A DNA stretch of 64,000 nt. Source: Acidobacteriota bacterium (lineage in GTDB: Bacteria > Acidobacteriota > UBA890 > WLXD01). The notes beneath the pieces are model-generated. The model was not told the origin of the DNA and searched no databases. It saw nothing but the letters and a program-made list of their open reading frames with translations. Positions 10,119 to 20,046 of this stretch are shown here, piece by piece. Within the stretch, counting starts at the first letter, position 1; each line of letters starts with the position of its first letter. Made by a program: the position numbers and the translations under genes. Where the stretch lies: NCBI GenBank assembly GCA_965248695.1, contig CBDFKD010000002.1:2880001-2944000 (forward strand), in the 5' to 3' direction.

Positions 10119-11858
10119 GTGAGCGATCGATCCGACGGCGAGCCGAGCCCAGTCCGGCGCCACGTCTCGATCTTGCGCGAACAGATGGTCATCCGCGCCG
10201 GCAAGGGGTCGAAGCTCGTCCTCCACGGCGTGGGCATCCAAGGTGAGCTTCGGGTTCAGCTGACCGAGCCCGACGGGGCGTTGATCCCCGGCTTCACGTT
10301 CGATGACTGCGTTCCGCTCCGCGCCGACCGACCGATGATCGAGGTCGAATGGACGGCCGCGGCCGGCAAGACGGAGAGCCGACCGGGGCTCGTAGATCTG
10401 TCGCGCCTCGACGGCCGCACCGTACGCGTGGAGATCTCGGCCCCTGAGGGTGATCCTGAATGCCGAGCCGCCACGATCCTCAGCGGCGAGCCTCTTCCGC
10501 TGCGGATCGGTGGCGGTCCGCATCTGCTGGTCGATGATTGGCTCGTGGCTGAGACCGAGAACCTCGTACGCACGACAACCCAGCCGCAGCGCCGTGATGT
10601 CCCGTTGATCGGGGACCGGCCGGACCGACGTAGTCGCATTGCCCCCGGTGCCGTGATGCACGATCGGGAGAGCGGCCTGTTTCGCATGTGGAACTGGAAG
10701 GCGGGAGACTCGGTGCGCTCCGAGCTCGTTCATCGCGCCTCCGACAGCCCGAGCCGCTGGCCACAAGCCGGCGAAACCGTATTCAGCTTCGACGGGTTCG
10801 GCTCCAAGCTCATCGACGCCGCTCCCTACTGTGACGACGAGCTGCGCCGCTTCCGGTTCGGCTACTTCAACTACGAAGAACCAATGGGTACCTGCGTTGC
10901 CTTCTCTGCCGACGGTATCGACTGGCAGCCGTACGAGGCCAATCCCGTGCTTCCGTACCACCCGATCGGGAGCCCTCGGTGGGCCGCAGGAGTCGGTGAT
11001 ATCACCGACCCCTTCTGGGACCCGATCAACCGCCGTTACGGAGCCTTCGTGAAGATGCCGTCGGCGTCCGACCAGGAGTTCGGCATGCAGTCTCGAACGG
11101 TCGGAGACGGCCTCGGGATCCGGCTCACGGGGCTCTCCGCGAGCAGCGACTTCGTCCACTGGACGCTACCGCGACGCGTGTTTGTGCCCGACGAGCATGA
11201 CGAGGGCGTGACCGAGTTCTATGGCGCCGAGGTCATGTCCAGAGGGGACGTCCTGATCGCTTTCGTGCGGGTGCTGCGCGACGACCTGGCGGCCGATCCC
11301 CACTGTCCGGTCGAAGGGGTTGGCTACACCGCCATCGCCACCAGCCGCGATGGCAAAAGCTGGCAACGGCACCGCGACGTGTTTCTGGATCGGGGCGCGA
11401 CGGCAGGAGGCTTCGATCGGGCCTTTGCCTGGATCTACGCGGCGCTCGAGTGGCAGGACCTCGTGTACCTCTACTACGCGGCCTACGACGAGGGACACAA
11501 GGTGGGCCAACGCAGCATCGGCTTGGCCACGCTACCCCGCGATCGTTTCGTGGCGCTGCGGACAAGCGGCCCGACGGAAGGACGCCTCGTGACGCCCAGG
11601 CTGATCCACACGCGCCGCCAGGTCGAAGGGCTCTGGCTGAACGCCGACGCCCGGGGCGGCGAGTTGCGCGCCCAGATACGTGGCGCCGACGATCGAATCA
11701 TCAATGGGCTTTCGTTCGACGATTGCCAGGCGTTTTCCGGCGACGACATCTCGCACAGGATCGAGTTTGCCGGGGAGATGAACCGGTTGCGCGGCCGGCC
11801 GTTCCGGCTGGAGCTATCGCTGCAGAATGCCGCCGTCTATGCGTTTTCCCTACAGTGA
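10119..11858 (+). CDS. GH32/43-like five-bladed beta-propeller hydrolase with a beta-sandwich domain at both ends
   Basis: Asp-box-like repeats SADGIDW, SSDFVHW, SRDGKSW. GELRxQ...G.FDDC domain present at both N- and C-termini. Confidence 0.65.
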   Translation: MSDRSDGEPSPVRRHVSILREQMVIRAGKGSKLVLHGVGIQGELRVQLTEPDGALIPGFTFDDCVPLRADRPMIEVEWTAAAGKTESRPGLVDLSRLDGRTVRVEISAPEGDPECRAATILSGEPLPLRIGGGPHLLVDDWLVAETENLVRTTTQPQRRDVPLIGDRPDRRSRIAPGAVMHDRESGLFRMWNWKAGDSVRSELVHRASDSPSRWPQAGETVFSFDGFGSKLIDAAPYCDDELRRFRFGYFNYEEPMGTCVAFSADGIDWQPYEANPVLPYHPIGSPRWAAGVGDITDPFWDPINRRYGAFVKMPSASDQEFGMQSRTVGDGLGIRLTGLSASSDFVHWTLPRRVFVPDEHDEGVTEFYGAEVMSRGDVLIAFVRVLRDDLAADPHCPVEGVGYTAIATSRDGKSWQRHRDVFLDRGATAGGFDRAFAWIYAALEWQDLVYLYYAAYDEGHKVGQRSIGLATLPRDRFVALRTSGPTEGRLVTPRLIHTRRQVEGLWLNADARGGELRAQIRGADDRIINGLSFDDCQAFSGDDISHRIEFAGEMNRLRGRPFRLELSLQNAAVYAFSLQ

Positions 11859-11904
11859 GCGCTCGTTCCGAGGCTCCGAGACATGGACCGTTGACCCACC
11901 CGGC

Positions 11905-12996
11905 TCATTCCCACCGAGGCTCGCTGACGGCGATACCGAGGTCGCGCCTGTCCTCTCCTGCACCCGCCCGCAGCGCGTTCCACGTGCGGCTTACCGCGAC
12001 GCTCAGCACGCCCGGCTCACTGGCGCGCGGCGGCGACTCGAGCCGAATCTGACGCCAGCTGCCATCGCTGAAGGTCTCTGAGGCCACCGCATCAGCGTTC
12101 CAATAAAAGGTCACCGTTACGGGCCGAGCACCGGCATCCGGTGCGGCAGTGCGGGCGCGAAAGAGCAGCGTTTCCGATCCCTGCGGCGCGGCGGCGATCG
12201 GCCAACTCGCCCGTCCCGAGCTCCAACGGTAGGGTTGTCCGCCGCCGTACTCGGTGACGTAGAAACCCAGGCCTTCGGACGGTAGGTTCGACTGCCAGAG
12301 GAACTCGCCGACCCCGACACCAAGTACCCGTCGGTCGAGCGAAAACTGCTGTTGGCGTGTCGCGATCGAGCTCGGATCGAGATAGTCCGCCGGAACGAAT
12401 GTCTCGCTAGCCTCGATGCGGAACCTCTGCGACGGTGGTCCCGGAGGTTCGTGCCACTCGGCGAAGACTCCTATGTAGTCCGGCGTGCGGCGCAACAACG
12501 ATCGGGGGCGCATAAACGGCTCTTCCCCCACGACTGGCTCGAGCTCCGCGGCGCCTTCAAGCGACACGCTCGGCGGATCCTGTTTCCACGGATCGACACC
12601 GAGAATCGGGGGTAAGTAGTAGTCGAACCGGTACCTGCCGTTGTGGTCAAGGCGTTGCTCATCGAACAGCGTCTCGTTGACGTACAGCCGTACAGCGATA
12701 CCACCCTCGGGCAACTGCGGGTGCGAGAAGTAGATGGGGATCCGCATTACCGAGCCCCAAGCGGGAATCACAATGTGACCGGCATCACCGTGAGTCCATC
12801 GGAACTCGCGCGGCCCCTCGGGCAGGCTGAGTCGCTCCGTCTGATAGAACCCGGCGGCGTATTCCTGGGGCCGATCGAAGAGCACGACCCGGACTAGTTC
12901 CATTGCCGAGAGCAGTAGATAGGCTCCGAGTAGCCCCGCGAGCACCCTATGCTCCCGAATCGTCGCCCTGAGCTGTTCCAAATGCCCGACGCTCAA
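11905..12996 (-). CDS. Membrane-anchored protein with two tandem beta-sandwich repeats (possibly carbohydrate-binding)
   Basis: One N-terminal TM, then two repeats GFY.TE...RW...DRR.LG. Confidence 0.55.
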   Translation of the reverse strand: MSVGHLEQLRATIREHRVLAGLLGAYLLLSAMELVRVVLFDRPQEYAAGFYQTERLSLPEGPREFRWTHGDAGHIVIPAWGSVMRIPIYFSHPQLPEGGIAVRLYVNETLFDEQRLDHNGRYRFDYYLPPILGVDPWKQDPPSVSLEGAAELEPVVGEEPFMRPRSLLRRTPDYIGVFAEWHEPPGPPSQRFRIEASETFVPADYLDPSSIATRQQQFSLDRRVLGVGVGEFLWQSNLPSEGLGFYVTEYGGGQPYRWSSGRASWPIAAAPQGSETLLFRARTAAPDAGARPVTVTFYWNADAVASETFSDGSWRQIRLESPPRASEPGVLSVAVSRTWNALRAGAGEDRRDLGIAVSEPRWE

Positions 12997-13479
12997 TCCC
13001 GCCTCACCCAGCCGTGATCAGGCCTTCAGCGTGGTCGCCATTGGGGATGCCCCCCCGGTCTCTAACTCGTCGTTGGCCTGCAGGGCCATAGAGTCTAGAA
13101 CCTGCCTCGGCAGCGTAGGGGAGCTCATGCGGCGAGTCGACCCCTGGGAGTTGGTCCTTTGCTGCATCCGACCATATCGACGGGACGTAGCGAATGCTCT
13201 TGCTCCGAGATCGATAGAAACCGCGCCTAACCTCGGCCCGGTCGCGCAGCCGCTGCCGCGCTTCTGCCTGCTCGTGATGGCGCTCCCGAGTCCCCGTCTG
13301 TGTCGCCAGGGCACCCATTGGCCGTGGCACCGCCATAGACGCGACCACCGTGTCTTGTGTGGGGTGCTTACGACAGGTTACCGTTCAGCGCCCAAGCGAT
13401 GGGGATGCGACGCGTGACGTGGCGGCGTGGTTCGGTAGCACCGAAACTAGAGTCACCAGATGGGCCATCGGCGAGCCTC

Positions 13480-15274
13480 ATGTCGGATATCGATACTCCT
13501 GAAGCAAGTGGGAATCAGCCATCTAGCTGGTTGATACGCCTATACCGGCCGGCGCAGTTCGCGCTGGACCTCGGTGTGATTGCGGCAGCCTTCGTCGGCG
13601 CCTACTTGCTCCGGTTCGACTTCGCCCTGGACGATACTCTGCGCCGCTCGCTCGCCGCGCAGACTCCGTTTGTTGTCCTTGTCTATTTCGCAGCCCTCCT
13701 TCTTGCGGGGGCGCACCGCCGAAGCTGGCGGTATACCGGCATCCAGGATGTCCCCGTCTTCGCCCGCGCCGTGTTCTACGGGACGGCTGTCATCCTTGCG
13801 GTACGTTTGCTGCCGATCGATGTGCTTCGTCCGCTGAGGGTACCGCTGTCGATCATCGCGATGAACGGAGTGCTCGTCTCTGTCGGGGTCGTCGGCGCGG
13901 CACTTCGAGAACGCGGGAATCGACCCAGTCGCGTTCGTCGACGACGATCCGCTCAAGCACAACAGTGTGATCGCCGGTACTCGCGTGGTGGGAAGCACGC
14001 GAGACTTGCCCCGCTTGATCGATGAGCTTGGGGTCGAGGAGGTAGTCTTCACCGTGTCGGCCATTTCGCCGGCACAGAAAAAGCGCATCATCGCGATTTG
14101 CGATCGGATTCCGATTGGAGTTCGGGAGACACCGGGGTACTACGAGGTCCTGCGAGGCGACGTCGCGCTGACGCGGTTGCGCGAGGTGCAACCAGAGACG
14201 CTATTGGGTCGCGACCCGGTCCAGCTGGGGACAGCCAGTTCCGAGTGGCTGAGCGGGCGCCGCGTTCTCGTGACCGGTGCCGGCGGCTCTATCGGTGCTG
14301 AGCTCAGTCGGCAGATTGCGGCCAGTGACCCTGCCTCGCTGATTCTACTGGAACGATCCGAACACGCTCTGTTCCAGATCGACCACGAGTTGCGAGCCAA
14401 GTGGCCGGCAACAGACGTGGTACCTGTCCTGGGCGACGTCGTAGACGAAAGGCGCATGCGTGACGTTTTCCGCCGCTGGCTCCCAGACCTGGTCTTGCAC
14501 GCGGCGGCGCACAAGCACGTGTCGATGATGGAGCTGTATCCGGCCGAGGCGGTGATCAACAATATTCACGGCACTTCCTGCGTCGGACAGATCGCTGCTG
14601 AGTTCGGCACGACGAGTTTCGTCTTGGTCTCGACCGACAAGGCGGTGAACCCGACCTGTGTCATGGGCGCCTCCAAGCGCATGGCCGAACTGGTGATCCA
14701 GGACCTCGATCAGCGCCACGCGCCGAAGTACTCGGCAGTGAGGTTCGGCAATGTGCTCGGATCGGCCGGGTCCGTTATTCCGATCTTCCAGCAGCAGATC
14801 AGGAGCGGTGGGCCCGTAACCGTTACCGATCGAGACATGAGGCGGTATTTCATGTCGATCCCGGAGGCAGCACGGCTTGTACTCGAGGCCGGCGCAGTGG
14901 CTGAAGGCGGAGAGATCTTCGTTCTCGATATGGGGAAGCCCATCCGCATTCTCGATCTCGCCGAGAACATGATTCGTCTATCGGGGTTCGAACCCTACAC
15001 GGAGATCCCGATCGAGATCACGGGACGTGGGCGCGGGGAAAAGCTGTTCGAGGAGCTCGGCCAAGAGGCGGAGGATCTCAGCCTTACTCGGCACCCGAAG
15101 ATCTTCATCGGTCGGCTGTCCCCTTGTCCGAGCGCCGAGGTGGGGGCCGTGGTTCAGCAACTGCGGCGGTTGGTCGAAACCGGGGATGACGAGGCGATCC
15201 GGCGGTGCCTGACCGAGTTTCTTCCTGAAGCAAGACTCGAGCTAACTGACAGCGAAGAAGTCTCGGTGGTCTAG
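13480..15274 (+). pseudogene. capD: CapD/PglF-type UDP-GlcNAc 4,6-dehydratase split by an internal deletion and frameshift near 13897; catalytic domain intact in ORF 13967-15274
   Basis: N-terminal TM part (AYLLRFD, WRYTGIQD) switches frame to RHFENAGIDPVAFVDDDP. C-terminal VTGAGGSIG, HAAAHKHV, STDKAVNP, VRFGNVLGS, GEKLFEEL. Confidence 0.85.
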
Positions 15275-15404
15275 CCTGGGGCTAAGATCCTGATACGAAC
15301 GCGGCCTGCGGCGCGCGTCGCGATCCCTGGTACATCGGCCAGACGGCGACGGTCCAGCGAGCACCCCATACCGCCGTGGGGTTCGCCGTCTAGTATTGGC
15401 GTAT

Positions 15405-15450
15405 ATGGCCGGGTCGCTGAATATTCTCGTCGTTTGCTACGGCAACCTCT
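15405..15450 (+). pseudogene. 5' stub of a low-molecular-weight protein tyrosine phosphatase (Wzb-like), truncated by the IS
   Basis: MAGSLNILVVCYGNL then T at the IS boundary, matching the ILVVCxGNxCRS P-loop start. Confidence 0.7.
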
Positions 15451-15484
15451 TGACCTGCCCCAAGTGTTTGGGCCACTTCGTAAC

Positions 15485-16342
15485 TCATAGAATCGGTACT
15501 GGCAAGAGATTGTTGGAGCTGGCGAAGCGGAGCGTAGCCGGCTGCAACAACGTCGCTTCGGGTGCAGGCGGTCGATAGCCCAACGAGCTATGGGGCCGCA
15601 CCTGGTTGTACTGGCGGCGCCAGCGGTGCACCAAGCACTGCGCCTCCTTGAGCGTGTAGAAGATCTCGCCGTTCAGCAGCTCGTCTCGGAGCTTGCCGTT
15701 GAAGCTCTCCACATAGCCGTTTTCCCATGGCGATCCGGGCTCAATGAACAGCGTCTTCACACCGATTCGCTCGAGCCATTCACGCACTGCCCGAGAAGTG
15801 AACTCCGGTCCGTTGTCGGAGCGGATGTGATCGGCAACACCCCGGTTCACGAACAGCTCAGCGAGTCGCTCCAGCACGTTCTCGGAGTTGAGCCTGCGTG
15901 CTACATCGATTGCCAAGCACTCTCTCGTGTACTCATCCACGATCGTCAGTAGACGAAACGCTCGCCCGTCGTGAGTTCGTTCGTGCACGAAGTCATAGGC
16001 CCAGACGTGATCTTTCCTCTCCGGCCGCAGCCGCACGCACGATCCATCATTGCGCCACCAGCGTCCGCGCTTGGGCTGCTTTTTCGGTACCTTCAGCCCC
16101 TCACGACGCCATAACCGTTCGACCCTCTTGTGATTCACTCGCCACCCCTCACGTACCAACAGCGCCGTGATCCGCCGGTACCCATAGCGCCCGTACTGCG
16201 TCGCCAGCTGGGTCATCCGCTCCACCAGTGCCTTCTCCTCCTGCGGCACCTTGGGCCGATACTGCTGCGTCGAGCGCACCCGGCCCAGTACTCTGCAGGC
16301 TCGCCTCTCGGACACACCCAACGACTGCTGTGCGTGGTGCAC
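15485..16342 (-). CDS. IS3 transposase OrfB (rve/DDE integrase domain)
   Basis: RYGYRRI, WAYDF, IVDEYTRE, RSDNGPEF, PWENGYVESFNGKLRDE. Confidence 0.95.
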   Translation of the reverse strand: MHHAQQSLGVSERRACRVLGRVRSTQQYRPKVPQEEKALVERMTQLATQYGRYGYRRITALLVREGWRVNHKRVERLWRREGLKVPKKQPKRGRWWRNDGSCVRLRPERKDHVWAYDFVHERTHDGRAFRLLTIVDEYTRECLAIDVARRLNSENVLERLAELFVNRGVADHIRSDNGPEFTSRAVREWLERIGVKTLFIEPGSPWENGYVESFNGKLRDELLNGEIFYTLKEAQCLVHRWRRQYNQVRPHSSLGYRPPAPEATLLQPATLRFASSNNLLPVPIL

Positions 16343-16606
16343 TGCCCGGCTCCGTCGTGCCGGGCTCAGAAGTTTCCCGACGAAACCTCTTTGAGGATGG
16401 CGTTGTCGAGCATCGTCTCCGCCAGCAACTTCTTGAGCCGGCCGTTTTCCCGCTCCAGCTCCTTGACTGCTGTGCGTGGTGCACTGCCCGGCTCCGTCGT
16501 GCCGGGCTCAGAAGTTTCCCGACGAAACCTCTTTGAGGATGGCGTTGTCGAGCATCGTCTCCGCCAGCAACTTCTTGAGCCGGCCGTTTTCCCGCTCCAG
16601 CTCCTT
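16323..16606. repeat. Exact 142-bp tandem duplication spanning the orfA/orfB frameshift signal
   Basis: 16323-16464 equals 16465-16606, with GA microhomology at the junction. Confidence 0.95.
16486..16520 (-). promoter_or_regulatory. Programmed -1 ribosomal frameshift signal (second copy at 16344-16378)
   Basis: Slippery G GGA AAC, spacer TTCTGA, then hairpin GCCCGGC-N8-GCCGGGC. Confidence 0.8.
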
Positions 16607-16787
16607 GAGTCGCCGTGCCTGATCCACCCTCAGTCCACCGTACTCCTTGCGCCACCGGTAATACGTGTTCTCGCTGATTCCCAGCTTGCGGCATGCCTCC
16701 GGTGTCTTGGCCCCTTTCGCTAGCTCGATCTCTGCCTCCCTGAGCTTGGCGATGATCTGCTCTACAGTGTACCGCTTCCGCGCCCAT
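16508..16787 (-). pseudogene. IS3 OrfA (HTH), with the ATG one base out of frame
   Basis: ARKRYTVEQIIAKLREAE...YYRWRKEYGG...SGNF*. The sequence reads ATGGGCGCGG where ATGGCGCGG is expected. Confidence 0.85.
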
Positions 16788-16864
16788 TCTTCCCCCTTCC
16801 CGAGCCATCCTGAGAGCCTCAAATCCTAACTCTCAGACTGGCCCGATTATTGGGGGGCAGGTCA

Positions 16865-17800
16865 GCCGAGCTTGACAGGGCAGGGAAGTTACCGGTCCGC
16901 TATGAAGGCACCTATCACATTTTCCTTCCCGGTCAGGAGGACGTGGCGGTCGAAGAGCTACTGCGCTTGCGCGACAGCTACGGTGGTGACCGGCTGCGCT
17001 TCAACACCATAAAGATCCACTTCGATGGTTCCAACGAGAACCGTACGGGCGCCGTGCTCCAACCGTTCAGTGACGATCCGGGAAACCGCGGCAATACGCT
17101 GTTGAGCACCGACGAGCTGCGCGATTTCCTTCTTCGTTTACACGACGCCGAGATCAACCTGCACTTACATACCGTCGGAGATCGGGCCGTCCGAATCGCG
17201 CTCGACGCAGTGGAGGCGGCCCGGGAATTGCTCAGCGGCGATCTCTACACGCGGGTCACAGTCTCCCATCTGGACATCATCGATACAGCCGACTATCCGC
17301 GCTTCAGGCAACTCGGCGTCATCGCGAGCTATACGCCGGCATGGCACGGCTTCACCGACGGCCCTGTTCCCTACGCCTTGGGTGATGAGCGATACAGCAG
17401 GACCTTGCTGACGCAACCGCTGCTGGATGACGGTGCCATTGTCACCTTTTCCAGCGATTCGGAAATGAGTCGGGCCAGCCCCTACCTGGGGATGCAGATC
17501 GCCCACAACCGCCAACACGAGAGACAAGGTGAGGCAGCCCCGATCCGACCGCCCCTGACCGAGCGGCTGGCGCTCGAGGATCTGATCAAGGGGTACACCT
17601 GGAACGGTGCCTATCAGCTGCGTATGGAGGAGCAGCTTGGCTCAATCGAGGTAGGCAAGCTCGCCGACCTGGTCGTGTTGGATCGCAACCTGTTCGAAAT
17701 CGATCGCTACGAGATCCATGAGGTTCGACCCGAAGCGGTCATCATGGAAGGCGAGATCATCAGGGGAAGCTTGGACGGTGGCCCGGAGATGAGACCATAG
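16865..17800 (+). pseudogene. C-terminal half of an amidohydrolase-3 (YtcJ-like), 5'-truncated at the IS end
   Basis: Begins mid-protein (AELDRAGKLPVRYEGTY) and is colinear with the C-half of 20047-21879. KIHFDG, HLHTVGD, GSIEVGKLADLVVLD. Confidence 0.88.
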
Positions 17801-18011
17801 CCGCAGCTTCGGCTTCACGCGCGCCTTGCGGGACCGCCCGGTGGCGTCGACGACGATGTCGATCAGCTCGTCGGGGGCCACGGCCAGCGAATCCCCAGCC
17901 ACCACGTCGCTCATCGAAGCCGCTCCAGCTCCTCGTTTCAGATGCCCCTCGATGGCTGACGACCGACAAGCTCGGAAGCTATGGGGCCGCGCACAGAAGT
18001 GTGATGCCCTG

Positions 18012-18231
18012 TTCAAATCCGCTGCTCAGGCGCAGCGGTTCTTGGCGGTGCGTGGCCTCGTTCGCAATCTCTTCGACCTAAGTCGGCACCGATTACGAGC
18101 AGCGGACTATCGGACGCTTCGAGGGCGCGCTTTTGCGGCTTGGGTCGAGGTCGCGGCTGACTGAGAAAGGCCAGCTCGATGCCAAGCAGTCTGACCTGAT
18201 CTCGAGGCGACGAAGTTGACGTGCCAGTGCC
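18012..18231 (+). mobile_element. IS6-family transposase C-terminal remnant with a degenerate terminal IR
   Basis: FKSAAQAQRFLAVRGLVRNLFDLSRHRLRAADYRTLRGRAFAAW, then AAGTTGACGTGCC(AGTGCC). Confidence 0.7.
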
Positions 18232-18272
18232 GGATAGATGGATCGCTCAGCCCGCGAGCTTACTGGACAACG

Positions 18273-19874
18273 CTACTGTTCTCTAAAGGCTGGTTTGACT
18301 CTTGCCTCCTCCTCCCACTGTTCACCGTAAAGAGACTTGAAAACTTGAACCTGGTCGGTCGATCCTTTTACAGTGCCGCCCCGCCAAAGGTCGTACTCGA
18401 CATCAGAATAGGTGTCGAAGAACGCGGTGAGCTTTCCATCTAGTTCCGAAACCACTTCGGCGTAGCCGGGAGTCCCGAATAGATCGTGCATTTGCTCCGG
18501 ATCTGCTTGTATATCGTAGAGCTCATGCTCACCCGTACCTTTGAGCCGTTTCCAATATGAATAACGATCGGTTCTGATTGCACGAGTTGCCCCTTCTTCC
18601 ATATACACGGCATCGGCCCATGCCTCGAGCTTCCTCCCTTCCAGGTGTCCGGCAAAACTCCTTCCAGGGGAGTTGGCTATTTCCACATCCCCAAACCCAG
18701 CCAGATCAAGAATTGTGGGCATAAGGTCGTATTGCCCAACGAGCAGATCACTTACTTGCTCTGTGTTAATGGTGCCTGGATAGCGAGCAATGAACGGTAT
18801 GTTCATCGGGGTATCGTAGAGGCTCGCTGGAAATGTGCCAGCGGTATGGCCCCAAAGACCATGTTGTCCGAAGAAGTTTCCCTGATCACTCGTGTAAATC
18901 ACTAACGTGTCTTCTTCGAGTCCGGTTTCCTTCAGTGCTGTCAATAGACGGCCGACACCATCGTCCACCATCGTATTTTGTGACGCTACATTGGCCATTG
19001 ATGCTTGGTCGTTATGCATGCGAGCCAAGCTGTCGTACCATCCGGAGTAGGGTGGCGTTAACCGCTCGAGTATCCTGTCGCTGACCCTGTTTCTGGGAAA
19101 CGAAGGAAACTCTTTGCCCTTGTAGTATTCATAATGCGGGTTCCTGGCGGGACCGAGGTTCGTTGGTGGTTGCATATAAGGACCGTTGAAGGTAACCAGC
19201 AGGAAGAAGGGCCTCTGGTGATCATAGTTCTCCAAGTATGCGACTGCTTTGTCGGCAAAGAACTCGACACTGTGCTTATCCTCTAGTCTGTATGTTCTGC
19301 TGTTGTCATTGATTTCATTGGACCAGAAATCGACCGTATGGCCCAAATTGAACGTCACCCAATAATCGAACCAGTCGTCCGGCGGACGTGGCTGGCCTAG
19401 GTGCCATTTACCGATTAATGATGTCTGGTATCCTCGATTCTTTAGTGTATGCGGTAATGTTCTATACTCTCCGATCGCATTCCAGTCTTCGGGCCAATTC
19501 TCCATCTTTCCGTCATCTAGCCAGTCGTGAACGCCGTGTTGAGAAGGTACAAGCCCGGTCAGCAGTGTGGCACGTGTTGGAGAACAATATCCGTGCACGG
19601 CGAAAACACGCGTAAGACGTATTCCTTCGTTGGCTAGTCGATCGATATTGGGCGTCCTGACATCCGGATTTCCATAAGCCCCCAGGATCGAGGCGGGCTG
19701 GTTGTCGACCACTATGTAGAGAATGTTTGGCCTGACTTGCGCTCCTGCGGACATTGCAGAAGAAACTTGTGGTCCTGCGGCTATTGCAGAAGAGAGGAGG
19801 AGTAGGGAGGTAAACAAATAAGGCTTCCTATGAGTGCTGATACCACGAATCGTTGCCAACACGTGACCCTGCAT
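18273..19874 (-). CDS. Secreted type I (formylglycine) sulfatase
   Basis: RPNILYIVVDN, CSPTRATLLTG (CxPxR), GKWHLG, TSDQG. Signal-like N-terminus, GGAGGA RBS, visibly more AT-rich than its flanks. Confidence 0.93.
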   Translation of the reverse strand: MQGHVLATIRGISTHRKPYLFTSLLLLSSAIAAGPQVSSAMSAGAQVRPNILYIVVDNQPASILGAYGNPDVRTPNIDRLANEGIRLTRVFAVHGYCSPTRATLLTGLVPSQHGVHDWLDDGKMENWPEDWNAIGEYRTLPHTLKNRGYQTSLIGKWHLGQPRPPDDWFDYWVTFNLGHTVDFWSNEINDNSRTYRLEDKHSVEFFADKAVAYLENYDHQRPFFLLVTFNGPYMQPPTNLGPARNPHYEYYKGKEFPSFPRNRVSDRILERLTPPYSGWYDSLARMHNDQASMANVASQNTMVDDGVGRLLTALKETGLEEDTLVIYTSDQGNFFGQHGLWGHTAGTFPASLYDTPMNIPFIARYPGTINTEQVSDLLVGQYDLMPTILDLAGFGDVEIANSPGRSFAGHLEGRKLEAWADAVYMEEGATRAIRTDRYSYWKRLKGTGEHELYDIQADPEQMHDLFGTPGYAEVVSELDGKLTAFFDTYSDVEYDLWRGGTVKGSTDQVQVFKSLYGEQWEEEARVKPAFREQ

Positions 19875-19956
19875 AATCAGTTCCTCCGCAATGTGTATTC
19901 CAGCGCGGTAACCTTTAGCAGGCCGTGGTGGAAGTGTGGTGGCCCGTAGAGGTTGT

Positions 19957-20032
19957 TGACCTGACCCCGCGGTTAGTACCACGTCTTATCTCAGTAACTC
20001 GGTGCTGACAAGAGGTTGTTGCGGCCGGCTTC
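19957..20032 (-). mobile_element. Isolated right end of an IS3-family element
   Basis: TGACCTGACCCCGCGGTTAGTACC...; near-identical to 27002 onward and similar to the end at 15451. Confidence 0.8.
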
Positions 20033-20046
20033 CCTGGATCCTCTGG

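Larger units (their letters stand above)
15451..16864 (-). mobile_element. IS3-family insertion sequence (IS407-like group), probably inactive
   Basis: TG...CA ends with inverted repeats TGACCTGCCCC...GGGCCA, orfA/orfB organisation, no target-site duplication. Confidence 0.93.

Noticed and set aside
13004-13417. Short overlapping ORFs between the 11905-12996 gene and capD
   Set aside because: No recognisable motif or RBS; none can be supported.
17800-17914. Minus-strand MSDVVAGDSLAVAPDELIDIVVDATGRSRKARV with an upstream GAGGAG
   Set aside because: Probably a truncated gene start, but I cannot assign a family.
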